From positions 1 through 64,000 of IMG/VR virus record IMGVR_UViG_3300045988_119718: DNA of 64,000 nt. One strand, written 5' to 3'. Of this stretch, positions 19,123 through 29,658 are shown piece after piece. This DNA is from a virus. The first letter of the stretch is position 1. Each line of letters starts with the position of its first letter. The notes beneath the pieces are model-generated. The model searched no databases. It worked only from the letters and a program-made list of their open reading frames with translations, and was not told the DNA's origin. A program made the translations under genes and the position numbers.

Positions 19123-21819
19123 TTATTCAGACATGTCTTCTTCATAATTGTAAATAATGTTTCCATCTAATTGGATATTAGGGTCACTATTCTTAAGCAA
19201 TACAATATCCATATTAGCTAGATTCAATTCACTATTATGAGAAATCATAATACACTGACTACAATTCAAATAATTCATAAGAATGGATAATACATTGAAG
19301 AATGCTAATCTATTATTAGTATCTAGACCACCATCAATTTCATCCATCTTAATGATATTATATACACTACTAGATCTACTCATAAGAGCAAAACTAATAA
19401 TCATACTAATCATGCAGATTTGGCTTGTACTCATACTAGAAATATCATCATTAAGTATTCCATCACCTTTAACTGGGATTTTAAATTCTTTCTCATTGAT
19501 TACAAATGGCTGTAATACAAATGAACCACCAAAGAATTTAGACAGTAAGTTATTACTGATATCAATGATATCATTCATATACTTACCCATAAATACTGTT
19601 TGAATACCAGTTGTAGGAGAACAATAATACTTTATGGTTTCATATTTTTCGTATTCATCCTTATACTGATTATACTCATTTACATAGTTATTGTACAGCC
19701 TTATCTTAAAATTAGCATCATTAATAACGCTTGTTAATTTAGGAATTTGATTGCTAACTAAATCATCTAAAACATCTTTTTCGTTATTAAATTCTTTAGC
19801 TAATTCTTTAAACTCTTTATACTTACTATCATACTCTTTAATTTGTTTCATTTTAGGCTCAATTTCTTCTTTAATGAGTCTTTCGTATAAATCTTTCATC
19901 TCAATATTATGATTGATAATATCTAAAGTATCTTTAGCATTAGTAAATTTATTATTAAGCTCATCTAGTTTAATATTGATATTGTAAACTTCATCCTCAT
20001 GCTCTGATTTTTCTTTTTTAAGCTCTTCTATTTCTTTCGATAAATATTCTATCAAGTCTTTATTCGTAACCATAGAAGAATACTTTTCATTAAGAGAAGA
20101 TAAATTAGAATCGATATTATTCATTTCTATAATTATATTTTTGATTTCTTTAAGAACCGTTAAATCAATATTCATCCATTGAAGAATATCTCCATTACGA
20201 TAAACCATAATTATGAAACTATCTATATCTTCTTCAGGTAGCATAGCATTGAACTTCTTCAATATTGGAAGATAATTTTTGATATTATTGATAGCCTGAA
20301 TATAATCATCAGCACATTCAAATCCAAGTTTATCAATTCTAAGTTCTTTAGTATAATCACTAATATCTTTAGACATATCATCAATCTGTTTTACTAATTT
20401 ATCATAATCTTCATCCGATAATAAACTATTATACGCTTCAACCATAGCTTTTACAAATACACAATCAGATTTATGTGTACAATCTTTAGGAATATTTTCT
20501 ATACCTTTAGATTGTTTTCTATAAATATTTTGATTGTTTAATAAAAGCTTCATATTATTTAAAGCTTGTTTCATTTCATCAAGCTCTTCAGTTGTTTTGC
20601 TCTCTACCACAATATCATTGTAATATGCTTTAGTTATTTCCATAGCACGTTCAATAGCATTAGAATCATTATAAATCGTTTTAAGATTATCGAATGATTG
20701 AACTATTTGATTGCTAATATTTATGAATGTATCTATATCATAAATCTGATAATCAGTGCTATATCCTTTAACCTTGCATAAATTTTCTAATGCTTTTTTT
20801 CTTTTATCATAAGTGCTTATACGTTCTTTATATTGATTGATAAGATTAATATCACCATAGCTATTTAGTTTGATAGTATTATCATCTATCTTGCTATTGC
20901 ACTTAGCAATGCTTTTTCTTTCTCCTGCTATATTACAACGCAATGCAGTAATGTTTGTCTCTAATTCAGATACTTCTCTTTTCAAAAACTCTCGTTTTAC
21001 AGTATCGACCATTTTTTTATCATATTTATAATTCTCTAGCTTAGAATGCAATTTAGTAAGTTCACTAGTAGCTTTACCATATACTTCTTCTGGGTTTTCT
21101 TCACCAATCAGCATATTCATTTTAGTTTGCATACTAGATAAATCAGCGGTTAGTTTAATCTTCTGAACTTCTAAATCTCCTAATTGAGTATTCCATAATT
21201 TTATATTGGTGCTCAATGTTTTTATATCGCCAATATCTTTTATCTTTAGAGAAATAGAATTGACTAACGATTTCATTTGTGTAGATTTCTTAGATAACTT
21301 CTTATAGATTTCATTATACACATTTAACTCATTAATCTTTTTATTAATAAAATTCTTTCTTTGAGAAGGGGTCTTGTCTGCTAATCCTCTATCATCAGAA
21401 GATAATTGAGTTAATGGCAAAAAAGTAATATCAATATCAAGAATGTTACAGATGATATCTCTACCATCTGTAACATTATGATTTTGATTCATGAGATTAC
21501 CATTAACATAGACATAGCATTGTGTAGACTTTCGATTTCCCCTATCATCAACTGGGTAGATATATTTTACTTCTAGCGTTTCTCCATTATCTAGCTGATA
21601 CACTATATCCTTCATAGCTTCTAACCCATCTATCAGAAAATAGCTAGGGTCACTAAAAGGATGAATAGCTTTAAACAAACTAGATTTGCCAGAGCCATTA
21701 TCACCTTTGATTACGGTGATACTATTTCTGCATTTAGTAAAATCGATATGAATGGTATGCTTGTGCATACCATTATAAATACCTACATAGTTTTGTAGTG
21801 CTACACTATTTAATCTCAT
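19123..21819 (-). CDS. sbcC: SbcC/Rad50-family ATPase (SMC-like, long coiled coil)
   Basis: N-terminal Walker A GDNGSGKSSLFKAI; long Lys/Glu-rich coiled coil; C-terminal signature/D-loop (DEIDGGLD) and H-loop (ISHNSE). Confidence 0.8.
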   Translation of the reverse strand: MRLNSVALQNYVGIYNGMHKHTIHIDFTKCRNSITVIKGDNGSGKSSLFKAIHPFSDPSYFLIDGLEAMKDIVYQLDNGETLEVKYIYPVDDRGNRKSTQCYVYVNGNLMNQNHNVTDGRDIICNILDIDITFLPLTQLSSDDRGLADKTPSQRKNFINKKINELNVYNEIYKKLSKKSTQMKSLVNSISLKIKDIGDIKTLSTNIKLWNTQLGDLEVQKIKLTADLSSMQTKMNMLIGEENPEEVYGKATSELTKLHSKLENYKYDKKMVDTVKREFLKREVSELETNITALRCNIAGERKSIAKCNSKIDDNTIKLNSYGDINLINQYKERISTYDKRKKALENLCKVKGYSTDYQIYDIDTFINISNQIVQSFDNLKTIYNDSNAIERAMEITKAYYNDIVVESKTTEELDEMKQALNNMKLLLNNQNIYRKQSKGIENIPKDCTHKSDCVFVKAMVEAYNSLLSDEDYDKLVKQIDDMSKDISDYTKELRIDKLGFECADDYIQAINNIKNYLPILKKFNAMLPEEDIDSFIIMVYRNGDILQWMNIDLTVLKEIKNIIIEMNNIDSNLSSLNEKYSSMVTNKDLIEYLSKEIEELKKEKSEHEDEVYNINIKLDELNNKFTNAKDTLDIINHNIEMKDLYERLIKEEIEPKMKQIKEYDSKYKEFKELAKEFNNEKDVLDDLVSNQIPKLTSVINDANFKIRLYNNYVNEYNQYKDEYEKYETIKYYCSPTTGIQTVFMGKYMNDIIDISNNLLSKFFGGSFVLQPFVINEKEFKIPVKGDGILNDDISSMSTSQICMISMIISFALMSRSSSVYNIIKMDEIDGGLDTNNRLAFFNVLSILMNYLNCSQCIMISHNSELNLANMDIVLLKNSDPNIQLDGNIIYNYEEDMSE

Positions 21820-21842
21820 GATAACTCTCCTATAACTAAAAC

Positions 21843-22070
21843 TTATTTTTTATTACTATTAAGTTTCTCCTCCATTTCTTTTTTACATACTCTGCATCTA
21901 TCAAAAAGATGGTGCTTCAATACTACGCTCTTATTCACTGCGATTACATTTCCACAGTCACACATAAAGAATGCTTTTGGGTAGTCTTTACGACTATTCC
22001 TAAAGGACTTAGTGATTTGGGTAAGATGCCCATATCGACGTCCTACAATTTCTTTTTCCATAATTAGCAT
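21843..22070 (-). CDS. small zinc-ribbon protein (CxC..CxxC)
   Basis: FMCDCG..CRVCKKE; paralogous to the next ORF. Confidence 0.45.
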   Translation of the reverse strand: MLIMEKEIVGRRYGHLTQITKSFRNSRKDYPKAFFMCDCGNVIAVNKSVVLKHHLFDRCRVCKKEMEEKLNSNKK

Positions 22071-22312
22071 TCTCCCTTCTTAAGTTTTTCTTCACAATAT
22101 GGGCATAAATGTTTGTGGTCAGTAATAGTTCCTTTTACAGTACCATAGGTTCTTGCTACATAGCCATACCCACATTTACAAACTACCAAATAACCAGCAT
22201 GGCGTGTTTGTTTATGCTCTTTTTCATCAAACTCTCTGCCAAAGTTAGCAACGATAACTTTGTCATTATATCTTTCTCCAGCATGTAAAAATTGATTGAA
22301 TGGGCGTGCCAT
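22064..22312 (-). CDS. small zinc-ribbon protein (paralog of the previous one)
   Basis: VVCKCGYG..CPYCEEKL. Confidence 0.45.
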   Translation of the reverse strand: MARPFNQFLHAGERYNDKVIVANFGREFDEKEHKQTRHAGYLVVCKCGYGYVARTYGTVKGTITDHKHLCPYCEEKLKKGEC

Positions 22313-22318
22313 AATACT

Positions 22319-23374
22319 TTACCTCACTTTGTAAACAACTTCATTAATAGACTCTTTACAAACACCAAAATCTTTTTCACCGTTACACATATTACGATGA
22401 AAGTAAACAGGAATAGATAATTTGTATAACCTCCTTAAATAAAAATGCAATGAGTTATCAGAAACATCATTGTCTGGATATACATTCACTATTATATTAT
22501 ATAATCCAAATTTTTCTATCAATGCTCGTAATACGCTATAATATCCTTTGCCATTACTACAGATATAGATATTATTATAGCTATCTTTATCACGAAGATT
22601 ATAGTAAATGCTTAGTATATCAAAACAACCTTCTGCTATATGTATATTTATAGGGTCTTTAGATAGTTTATCTATCTTTGTAGGAATACAATAATATCTA
22701 AGGTGGTTATTATCTTTTTCATTATATATAGAGTAATTAATGTATCTAGCATCTTTTAAGAAACCATCAGTATCATTAATATTTCTCATAGTAAGAAATC
22801 CATTATCTATAGATAAGAACCCAATGAAATGTTTATCTAATTCATCAGTAATACTTTGACTTCTATTAGATTTTAGATTATTCGCAGATAATAAATTTTT
22901 AATACTAAATACTATTTTAAGATTTTGAGCTTCCTGAATAGACAGTTTTAGACCTAATCTGGAATTAATATAATCTAATTTCTCTTTTAAAAAAGATACG
23001 TTATCAGTAGGTAAGACCCATGTTGTATTTCGTATTAATTTGTTATATCCTGAACGTAATCTAGATAAATTAACTTTAGCAGATATAGATTTAGACATCT
23101 CAGTTAAATCAATTATATCTTCTTTAGTTATGTTAGAATCACCTATTAACTCTCTTAATATAGCTGGGGTTAGTATTCCACTACGTTCACATTTAAAGCA
23201 ATGATATAATGGTATAGTATTCTCATCTCCGATATTAATATAGAAATGAGCAGAAGCTTTATTTTTACTATCGCCACAGAATCTACATCTTACTACATAT
23301 TCACTCCCAGATCTTTTTAGCTCTGGGAAATTACGTTTTAGTATTTTTAATACAGACATAGAATCATTATCCAT
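22319..23374 (-). CDS. DnaG-type DNA primase (CHC2 zinc finger plus Toprim)
   Basis: CRFCGDSKNKASAHFYIN..YHCFKCERSG resembles the DnaG zinc finger; acidic Toprim-like YPDNDVSDNS. Confidence 0.65.
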   Translation of the reverse strand: MDNDSMSVLKILKRNFPELKRSGSEYVVRCRFCGDSKNKASAHFYINIGDENTIPLYHCFKCERSGILTPAILRELIGDSNITKEDIIDLTEMSKSISAKVNLSRLRSGYNKLIRNTTWVLPTDNVSFLKEKLDYINSRLGLKLSIQEAQNLKIVFSIKNLLSANNLKSNRSQSITDELDKHFIGFLSIDNGFLTMRNINDTDGFLKDARYINYSIYNEKDNNHLRYYCIPTKIDKLSKDPINIHIAEGCFDILSIYYNLRDKDSYNNIYICSNGKGYYSVLRALIEKFGLYNIIVNVYPDNDVSDNSLHFYLRRLYKLSIPVYFHRNMCNGEKDFGVCKESINEVVYKVR

Positions 23375-23433
23375 AATAATTCACTCCTAAATAAAAAAAG
23401 ATAGATGGTAGTCATATGACTACCATCTACTAC

Positions 23434-25023
23434 TTAAATTAAAAGTATATACTGAAAATATTCTTCAGCAATTCTTTCAGGAACTACAGTAGTATTGATT
23501 ATTATTCCATTGTATTCTTTATTGTAGTAATCAATATTAATAAAAGTAGAAGATAATATTTGAGAAATAGTCTTAAAGATTACATCTTCAAGTTTCTTAT
23601 TATTATACTTCTCAGATACTTTAGTATACCCTTCAGAATCTTTGATTCTTTCCATAAGTCTTTTATTTACTGATTTTCTGCTAACTAGTTTATCAACTCT
23701 ACCACCAATGATATATGGTAAGAACGTTTGACCATTGCTAAGCAAACAATTCTTACACGCAATCATTAAAGTAATATAATCAATAATACCAATCATCTTT
23801 ACTGTTTGTAAATCTTTAAACCATTTCATGAAAGGGTATGTAACTAAGTTGAACTGGAAAGAATTCTTAATTGATTTACCTCCGTACTGAAGCATCCAAA
23901 TATAATAATTTATTTCAGCTTCACTAGGAGTACCGAACTCTTTTCTAATTCTATTCATAGTTTCTTCACAATTAACTTTAGTTTGAATAACAAGTGATTC
24001 ATCAATCTTATCCATATGTGCTTCAAACTTATCTGCTTGTGAATTACTATCCTCATCTCTATCAGAAGATGAAATAGAACTTAATTTATACCCATAATCA
24101 ATCAGTCTAACTTTATGGTCTAATTCACTTTCAATCATAATATAATTAAAATTGATTATATTCTTATCAAAAGTATACTTAGGAATAATCTGTAAAATAA
24201 TATTCTCAATAGTCTGAATAGTCTGTGTAGTATTATCTCTACTTCTAATATTTTGCATTTCCCAAAGCTTACTATTAGAAAGTACATTCTTATTTACGTT
24301 AGTAAGAACGGTTTCATATAATTTACTAACAATATCTATCCCATAATGCTGATTAACTACATTAAAGATTCTAGAGAATATAGATAAAAAGAACTTATTT
24401 ACATTTACAGTCTTTGGATATCTACGCTTCCAATAGAAATGAGAAATTAATGGAATAAGCATTAATTGAATAATACTAACTTCCATTAAAACTTTTACGT
24501 GTTCATCAGTATAAGCTAAACATGGGTTTTTAATATTCGTATAAGTTTGTGTAATATAATAATTATCATCAACCATTTTACGAATGTTATTTCTAAATTT
24601 AAAAACTTCTTCTTTAGGATTATCATATCTAATGATATATCTTTCCAAATCATTTACAAAGTTTTCTTCGGTATAACCATATTGGTCATCACTATCAATC
24701 ATTACTTTAAGATAACTATAAATACCAACTAATATCTGCTCAGTATCATAGAATTTTTCAAAATAATTTAGATAATGGATACAGTGATCTTTAAATCCAA
24801 GTTTAACTGTATCACCTTTTACTCTAGTGCTACTAGCATAACCTTTCTTAGGCTTCATTACAAAAAACGGAAATTGTTTATTAGCCATATCAGGACTAAT
24901 TAACTTATTACAAATAATTACTTCGCCAGCAGAAGAGAACACCATATCTTCTGGTGCTGGTTTCCATTCATCTACTCTAATAAATGGTTGTTTCACATTC
25001 CCAATCTCATTATTAGTGCTCAT
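23434..25023 (-). CDS. hypothetical protein (529 aa)
   Basis: ORF track; no NTPase motif. Confidence 0.45.
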   Translation of the reverse strand: MSTNNEIGNVKQPFIRVDEWKPAPEDMVFSSAGEVIICNKLISPDMANKQFPFFVMKPKKGYASSTRVKGDTVKLGFKDHCIHYLNYFEKFYDTEQILVGIYSYLKVMIDSDDQYGYTEENFVNDLERYIIRYDNPKEEVFKFRNNIRKMVDDNYYITQTYTNIKNPCLAYTDEHVKVLMEVSIIQLMLIPLISHFYWKRRYPKTVNVNKFFLSIFSRIFNVVNQHYGIDIVSKLYETVLTNVNKNVLSNSKLWEMQNIRSRDNTTQTIQTIENIILQIIPKYTFDKNIINFNYIMIESELDHKVRLIDYGYKLSSISSSDRDEDSNSQADKFEAHMDKIDESLVIQTKVNCEETMNRIRKEFGTPSEAEINYYIWMLQYGGKSIKNSFQFNLVTYPFMKWFKDLQTVKMIGIIDYITLMIACKNCLLSNGQTFLPYIIGGRVDKLVSRKSVNKRLMERIKDSEGYTKVSEKYNNKKLEDVIFKTISQILSSTFINIDYYNKEYNGIIINTTVVPERIAEEYFQYILLI

Positions 25024-25102
25024 TTCTCCTCCTAAACTATTACTATAATTGGCATAAATTCGCCAATCTAAATATTAATCATAATTATAATATATAACGT
25101 AT

Positions 25103-25909
25103 TTAGCGTTTACGTGGTTTTATAACTTTTGATCTTCTTACTAGTTTTGAAGTAACAGTCTTAGGTTTTAATATACTAGCTTTAGCTGCATATGCAGCAG
25201 TAGGTGCAACTTTCATTCTATTGCTAGTATATCTAGACATATCTCTAGTTTCTGGTGGATGAAGTTTAGCTTCTTGCTCTTGTTGTTTTAGACGTTTTTG
25301 TATATCTCTAAGTCGTTGATTATCAATCAGCTTATCATCTGAATTCATTATAGATTTTAAGAATTTAGATTTATTTAATGGCTGTGCTTTTTCCCATTTA
25401 GCTGTATTAAATAAACGATTGAGTTTCATATAATAATATGCAAAGTAAATAGACTTTACATATCCCGTTTGCATATTAGGGTTTCTAATAACAGGCTTAT
25501 CAGTTAAACATTTTTTATTGAGCTTAGGTTTTAACCAATCTATAATCAAATCTTTTCTATTAAATGCATATGCCCATGTAAATACAAATGCAGGGTCGTT
25601 AGCATAAAATCTGGTAGTATAATTACTCATATCAGATACTAACTGTTCTGGGTTTTCTAACGTCAATTCTATTACTACATCATAATATAATTTATCAGTT
25701 TTTTCAGACGGTATCATTAAATGAGCATAGTATCTATTCTCAACTTTAGTATCTTTAAATAAAAAATAAGCCACTGTACCAGCTTCTCTAACTAATATAG
25801 CATCAAATCTTTTTTCATAATCTTGACGTATTAGTTTTCTCTGAGAATTAGTAGCTGTTCCTTTAACAATCTCAGGGTTATTGATGTACCGATTAAAAGA
25901 TATTTTCAT
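25103..25909 (-). CDS. hypothetical protein with a highly basic C-terminal tail
   Basis: C-terminus KPKTVTSKLVRRSKVIKPRKR. Confidence 0.45.
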   Translation of the reverse strand: MKISFNRYINNPEIVKGTATNSQRKLIRQDYEKRFDAILVREAGTVAYFLFKDTKVENRYYAHLMIPSEKTDKLYYDVVIELTLENPEQLVSDMSNYTTRFYANDPAFVFTWAYAFNRKDLIIDWLKPKLNKKCLTDKPVIRNPNMQTGYVKSIYFAYYYMKLNRLFNTAKWEKAQPLNKSKFLKSIMNSDDKLIDNQRLRDIQKRLKQQEQEAKLHPPETRDMSRYTSNRMKVAPTAAYAAKASILKPKTVTSKLVRRSKVIKPRKR

Positions 25910-26011
25910 AATTTACCCCTAATTATTTAAATAAAAAAAGAGTGCTATGGGTATTTATTACCCATAGCAGTTAATTAGGATTTATTATATAGTTATCTTT
26001 AGATTTAAATA

Positions 26012-27790
26012 TTACATTTCGTATGTATTATACGATGGATCTGGTAAAAGATACTGATTCGTAGCAAACATAAGCCCTACAATCTTAGAAATAGCATCAA
26101 GAATTACAATATCAGCTTTAATAGAAGTCAATACAGTTCCATCGAACTTATTATTTCTAATATTTAATGGGCAATTATTAATAATAGCATCTTTTACAAT
26201 AAGATCTTTTTTATCTTTAGTAATATCATTCTCAGCATAAATAAGTTCAAACAGTGTTACATATGCTTTAGCTACTGCTACAGTAATATCGTTTCCAATA
26301 AATGCAGACCAAACAATATTATCTCCAAGATCTTTATCAGCAAATGAAGCCCCATAGTTTTCTCTAATAATAAAATGAATAGCTCTCATTGCTTCAAAGT
26401 TAGCACCAAATCCAACCCCATCAGTAGCAGCAGATCTACAGTTCAGTACAGCATCTTCTACTAAATCCTTCTTAGCATCTCTATCAGCATAAGAAATACC
26501 ACCGATAAAGTAATCTACCATATTAGCTTTAAGAGATTGAATTCTTCTTTTAAGCATATAGATTTTCTTTACATCAATATTCTGTTCTTTATAAGAAGCC
26601 AATTCAGCTTCCAGAGTTTTAAGAAGATTAATCATTACAAAAGTTGGAGAACCATCTGCATTATACATAAGCTTTGGATTAATAATCTTAGTAGTCTTAG
26701 CATCAGCTACAACTAAATCTGCACTACCAGCAAAATTAGTAATTGTATCTACAGTAGGGGCTAATCCCTTCTCAATATCCTTCTTCTGATTTTCTGGATC
26801 AATATACTTCTTAATGGTCTTAGCACCAGACAATGCAGCTAAATCATACAGATTATCCAGTCTTGTCAATCCAGTATTTACAATCAGTAATTGTTTAAAT
26901 TCTGGCGGAACTTGAGAGAATGTATTAAATACAGCATTGATTTCAGACTGTGCATCAGCAGAAATAGATGGTGTAAAGATAGCAGTTGGAACCGGTGGTT
27001 TATTAGACTTAATTACACTATAGAAATTATTAGTTACAATAGTAGAGAGGAACTTAAGCATCTCTGGCGTATCAATAGGATCTTCAAAAATATAAATCTT
27101 TGGGTCTCTAATAGTACAAGAATTATTAGTGGAATCATTAATCAAATTAGGATTCAAATACCCAGAATCAAATGTAAGACCTTCATAAGATTTAACCATA
27201 CTTTCTTCATTATTAGTAACTCCTACATCGATATATACTTCCATACCAAAATCTTTATAAATCTTTTTAATATCACTAGCAATTTCTTCATTACCGTCGG
27301 TAGATGTATATGCAATATTATAGATATCATCCAGTGTAGCTTTATGACCATCTTCCTTGATAATAGAAGTAATCTTTTTTACCAATTTATTAAATTCGTT
27401 AAGAATAGTCTTTTCACTCTTACCAGTCTCATCTGCAAGATTCTTCAATTCTTTAAAAATAAGATAAGAAAGAATAACAGCAGATGTAGTACCATCGCCT
27501 ACAGTTTTAACGGTGTTCGTAGTAATGGCTTTTAAATCATCTACAATAGAATATTCAATAGGCTTATTGAATTTAATATTAGAAAGAATCTTATGACCAT
27601 CTTTAGTATATTCTGTAGTTCCTGCATCTTTAGCAGTAGTCATAGTTCTAATCTGAGTAGTAGAGCCATCTGGCCCATAAGAATTTGCAAGTGCGGATGC
27701 AATAGTTTCCATTGTTTCTAACTGAATAGCTCTAAGAGTCTTTTTGTTTACAATGTTAGAAATAGCTCTAGTCCAAGATTCATTTACCAT
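26012..27790 (-). CDS. GroEL/Cpn60-family chaperonin
   Basis: GPDGSTTQI..TKDGHKIL..TVGDGTTSAVIL matches the GroEL ATP-binding region (GPKGRNVV..TKDGVSVA..AGDGTTTATVL); size 592 aa. Confidence 0.75.
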   Translation of the reverse strand: MVNESWTRAISNIVNKKTLRAIQLETMETIASALANSYGPDGSTTQIRTMTTAKDAGTTEYTKDGHKILSNIKFNKPIEYSIVDDLKAITTNTVKTVGDGTTSAVILSYLIFKELKNLADETGKSEKTILNEFNKLVKKITSIIKEDGHKATLDDIYNIAYTSTDGNEEIASDIKKIYKDFGMEVYIDVGVTNNEESMVKSYEGLTFDSGYLNPNLINDSTNNSCTIRDPKIYIFEDPIDTPEMLKFLSTIVTNNFYSVIKSNKPPVPTAIFTPSISADAQSEINAVFNTFSQVPPEFKQLLIVNTGLTRLDNLYDLAALSGAKTIKKYIDPENQKKDIEKGLAPTVDTITNFAGSADLVVADAKTTKIINPKLMYNADGSPTFVMINLLKTLEAELASYKEQNIDVKKIYMLKRRIQSLKANMVDYFIGGISYADRDAKKDLVEDAVLNCRSAATDGVGFGANFEAMRAIHFIIRENYGASFADKDLGDNIVWSAFIGNDITVAVAKAYVTLFELIYAENDITKDKKDLIVKDAIINNCPLNIRNNKFDGTVLTSIKADIVILDAISKIVGLMFATNQYLLPDPSYNTYEM

Positions 27791-27791
27791 G

Positions 27792-28457
27792 TTATAGTCC
27801 TCCTATAGACGGAATTGTAAGATTTTTATATGGATCAATAACACACATAGTGTTACTGGTGCTAACAGCCATAGCTTCTGGTTTATAAATTAGAAAATCT
27901 TTCATCATATTGTATCTAGCATTAATAATAAATATTTTCTTATTAACTAGATTCTTATATTTGAATAGATTATCTACAGTTTTAGCATATAACGTATTAT
28001 AACTAGATAAATCATATTCATCAATCTTAGTAATTACTTTACCAGGAAAACTATGAATATATTCTTCTTCTAGTTTATCTTTACAGTTTACATGATTATT
28101 TATAACCCCAGATATGGTTGATCCTAAATTGCAGAATGATAGAATATCAGTTGGTAATGCTTTATCTAAGATTTCTTGTTTATGATATTCCATAATTTCA
28201 TTATAAATATCATCAATAGAATCTTCATATTCTTTCTTGATAATTATAGATAAAGGATTATAGCTCTCTCTAAATAATAATCTATTTTCTATCCCATTAA
28301 TAGTATTAGTATTCTTTAATAGACTAGTATCTATATATTTAGAGTTACCCATATTATCAATAATATACATTACTACTGATAAATCTACATCTACTAATGT
28401 CTCAAATTCAAACAAATTGTAAACTATCTGTACATCTGAAGATATACCTGTATTCAT
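27792..28457 (-). CDS. hypothetical protein
   Basis: ORF track, 221 aa. Confidence 0.45.
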   Translation of the reverse strand: MNTGISSDVQIVYNLFEFETLVDVDLSVVMYIIDNMGNSKYIDTSLLKNTNTINGIENRLLFRESYNPLSIIIKKEYEDSIDDIYNEIMEYHKQEILDKALPTDILSFCNLGSTISGVINNHVNCKDKLEEEYIHSFPGKVITKIDEYDLSSYNTLYAKTVDNLFKYKNLVNKKIFIINARYNMMKDFLIYKPEAMAVSTSNTMCVIDPYKNLTIPSIGGL

Positions 28458-28461
28458 TACC

Positions 28462-29133
28462 TCACCTACTTAACAATTCATTTAAATTATCCTGTACTGT
28501 TCTAAAATTATATTCAACAGCTTGCGAAGTTGCAAATGCATAAGCATTGGTAGTGGCTTTAACAAATTCATCTAACTGATTAATGATTAAATCTAATTCA
28601 GCATTTTTTAATTCTGGTGAATTAACTTTACTAAAATTAATAGCATTCTTTTCAGTGACTACATTATTGATATAATTGTAGTAATCTGTTTTAAGCTGAT
28701 AAGCTCCTTCATTATCTACAATAGTCTCTTCATTAAACTTTACAATTCTAATAGCAGCTTCATCAATAGATTTATTAAATGTAGTACCATTATTAATAGT
28801 AATAATAGATTTACCGGCATTAATACCATAACCATTATATTTTTCTCTATCTTCTTTAAATTTCTTTAAGATATTAGAGAAAAGAAAAGCTTTAGTCTGG
28901 TTTAAGAAAATACAAGCATTATTACCTAAGCTATTAAAAACAAATCTACCTTCACCTTCATTAAATGGAATAATATAAATTTTCAATAATCCATTCCACA
29001 TAGTAAATCCTAATCCAGATTTATAACTATCATCAGAATTATTAAACAAAGCAATACCATTTACATTTACTGTGTACTTGTTCTTATTAAACTGCATATT
29101 TCTGTTATTAGTACTCACTTCGGACAAACTCAT
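28462..29133 (-). CDS. hypothetical protein
   Basis: ORF track, 223 aa. Confidence 0.45.
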   Translation of the reverse strand: MSLSEVSTNNRNMQFNKNKYTVNVNGIALFNNSDDSYKSGLGFTMWNGLLKIYIIPFNEGEGRFVFNSLGNNACIFLNQTKAFLFSNILKKFKEDREKYNGYGINAGKSIITINNGTTFNKSIDEAAIRIVKFNEETIVDNEGAYQLKTDYYNYINNVVTEKNAINFSKVNSPELKNAELDLIINQLDEFVKATTNAYAFATSQAVEYNFRTVQDNLNELLSR

Positions 29134-29195
29134 TTTAACTTCTCCTTTACTTTTATAATACTAAAAATATATTATAATAAAGTTCGTAAACCCAT

Positions 29196-29226
29196 TAAAA
29201 TCAATACCATGGAGAATATTCTCCAT
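29196..29226. terminator. intrinsic terminator hairpin
   Basis: AATACCATGGAGAATATTCTCCATGGTATT perfect palindrome. Confidence 0.6.
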
Positions 29227-29249
29227 GGTATTTTAGTATATGAATAACT

Positions 29250-29645
29250 TTATTTTTTACCAGTATTTTGCTCTTCTGTATAAGGCCTAACTTGTAAATT
29301 ATTATCTTTAAGATATTTATTCATTATAGAGGAATTGCCAGCTATTTTATTAGTAATCATTTTTTCACCATTGGTAACTAAGCCAAGTATAAATAAAACA
29401 AATCCTGTAGCAGAATCACTTATAATAGTAGATCCTAACTTAATCAGTCTATCTATATCGTACATATCATGATAGAAAAACTCAAATATCAAGAATATAT
29501 ATGCGGTGATAAATGGTAATAATGCTAATAGAATATATACAATAGCTACTACTTTAATAGTCTTGCTAGAAGAAACAAATATAGAGCCTAAAGAATCTTT
29601 ATAACTAGATAATTTAGCTAAATACTTTTTTATTATAGATTCCAT
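29250..29645 (-). CDS. small multi-pass membrane protein (131 aa)
   Basis: two or three hydrophobic helices (VVAIVYILLALLPFITAYIFLIF..; GFVLFILGLV). Confidence 0.45.
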   Translation of the reverse strand: MESIIKKYLAKLSSYKDSLGSIFVSSSKTIKVVAIVYILLALLPFITAYIFLIFEFFYHDMYDIDRLIKLGSTIISDSATGFVLFILGLVTNGEKMITNKIAGNSSIMNKYLKDNNLQVRPYTEEQNTGKK

Positions 29646-29658
29646 TTAAGTAATTCTC

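Noticed and set aside
26891-27535. Long nested opposite-strand ORFs inside large genes (26891-27535 in the chaperonin, 31638-32522 and 31789-32082 in the GC-rich gene, 45736-46176, 50940-51326 and others)
   Set aside because: They lie entirely within well-supported genes, have no SD, and show low-complexity or AT-skewed translations. They are treated as spurious.
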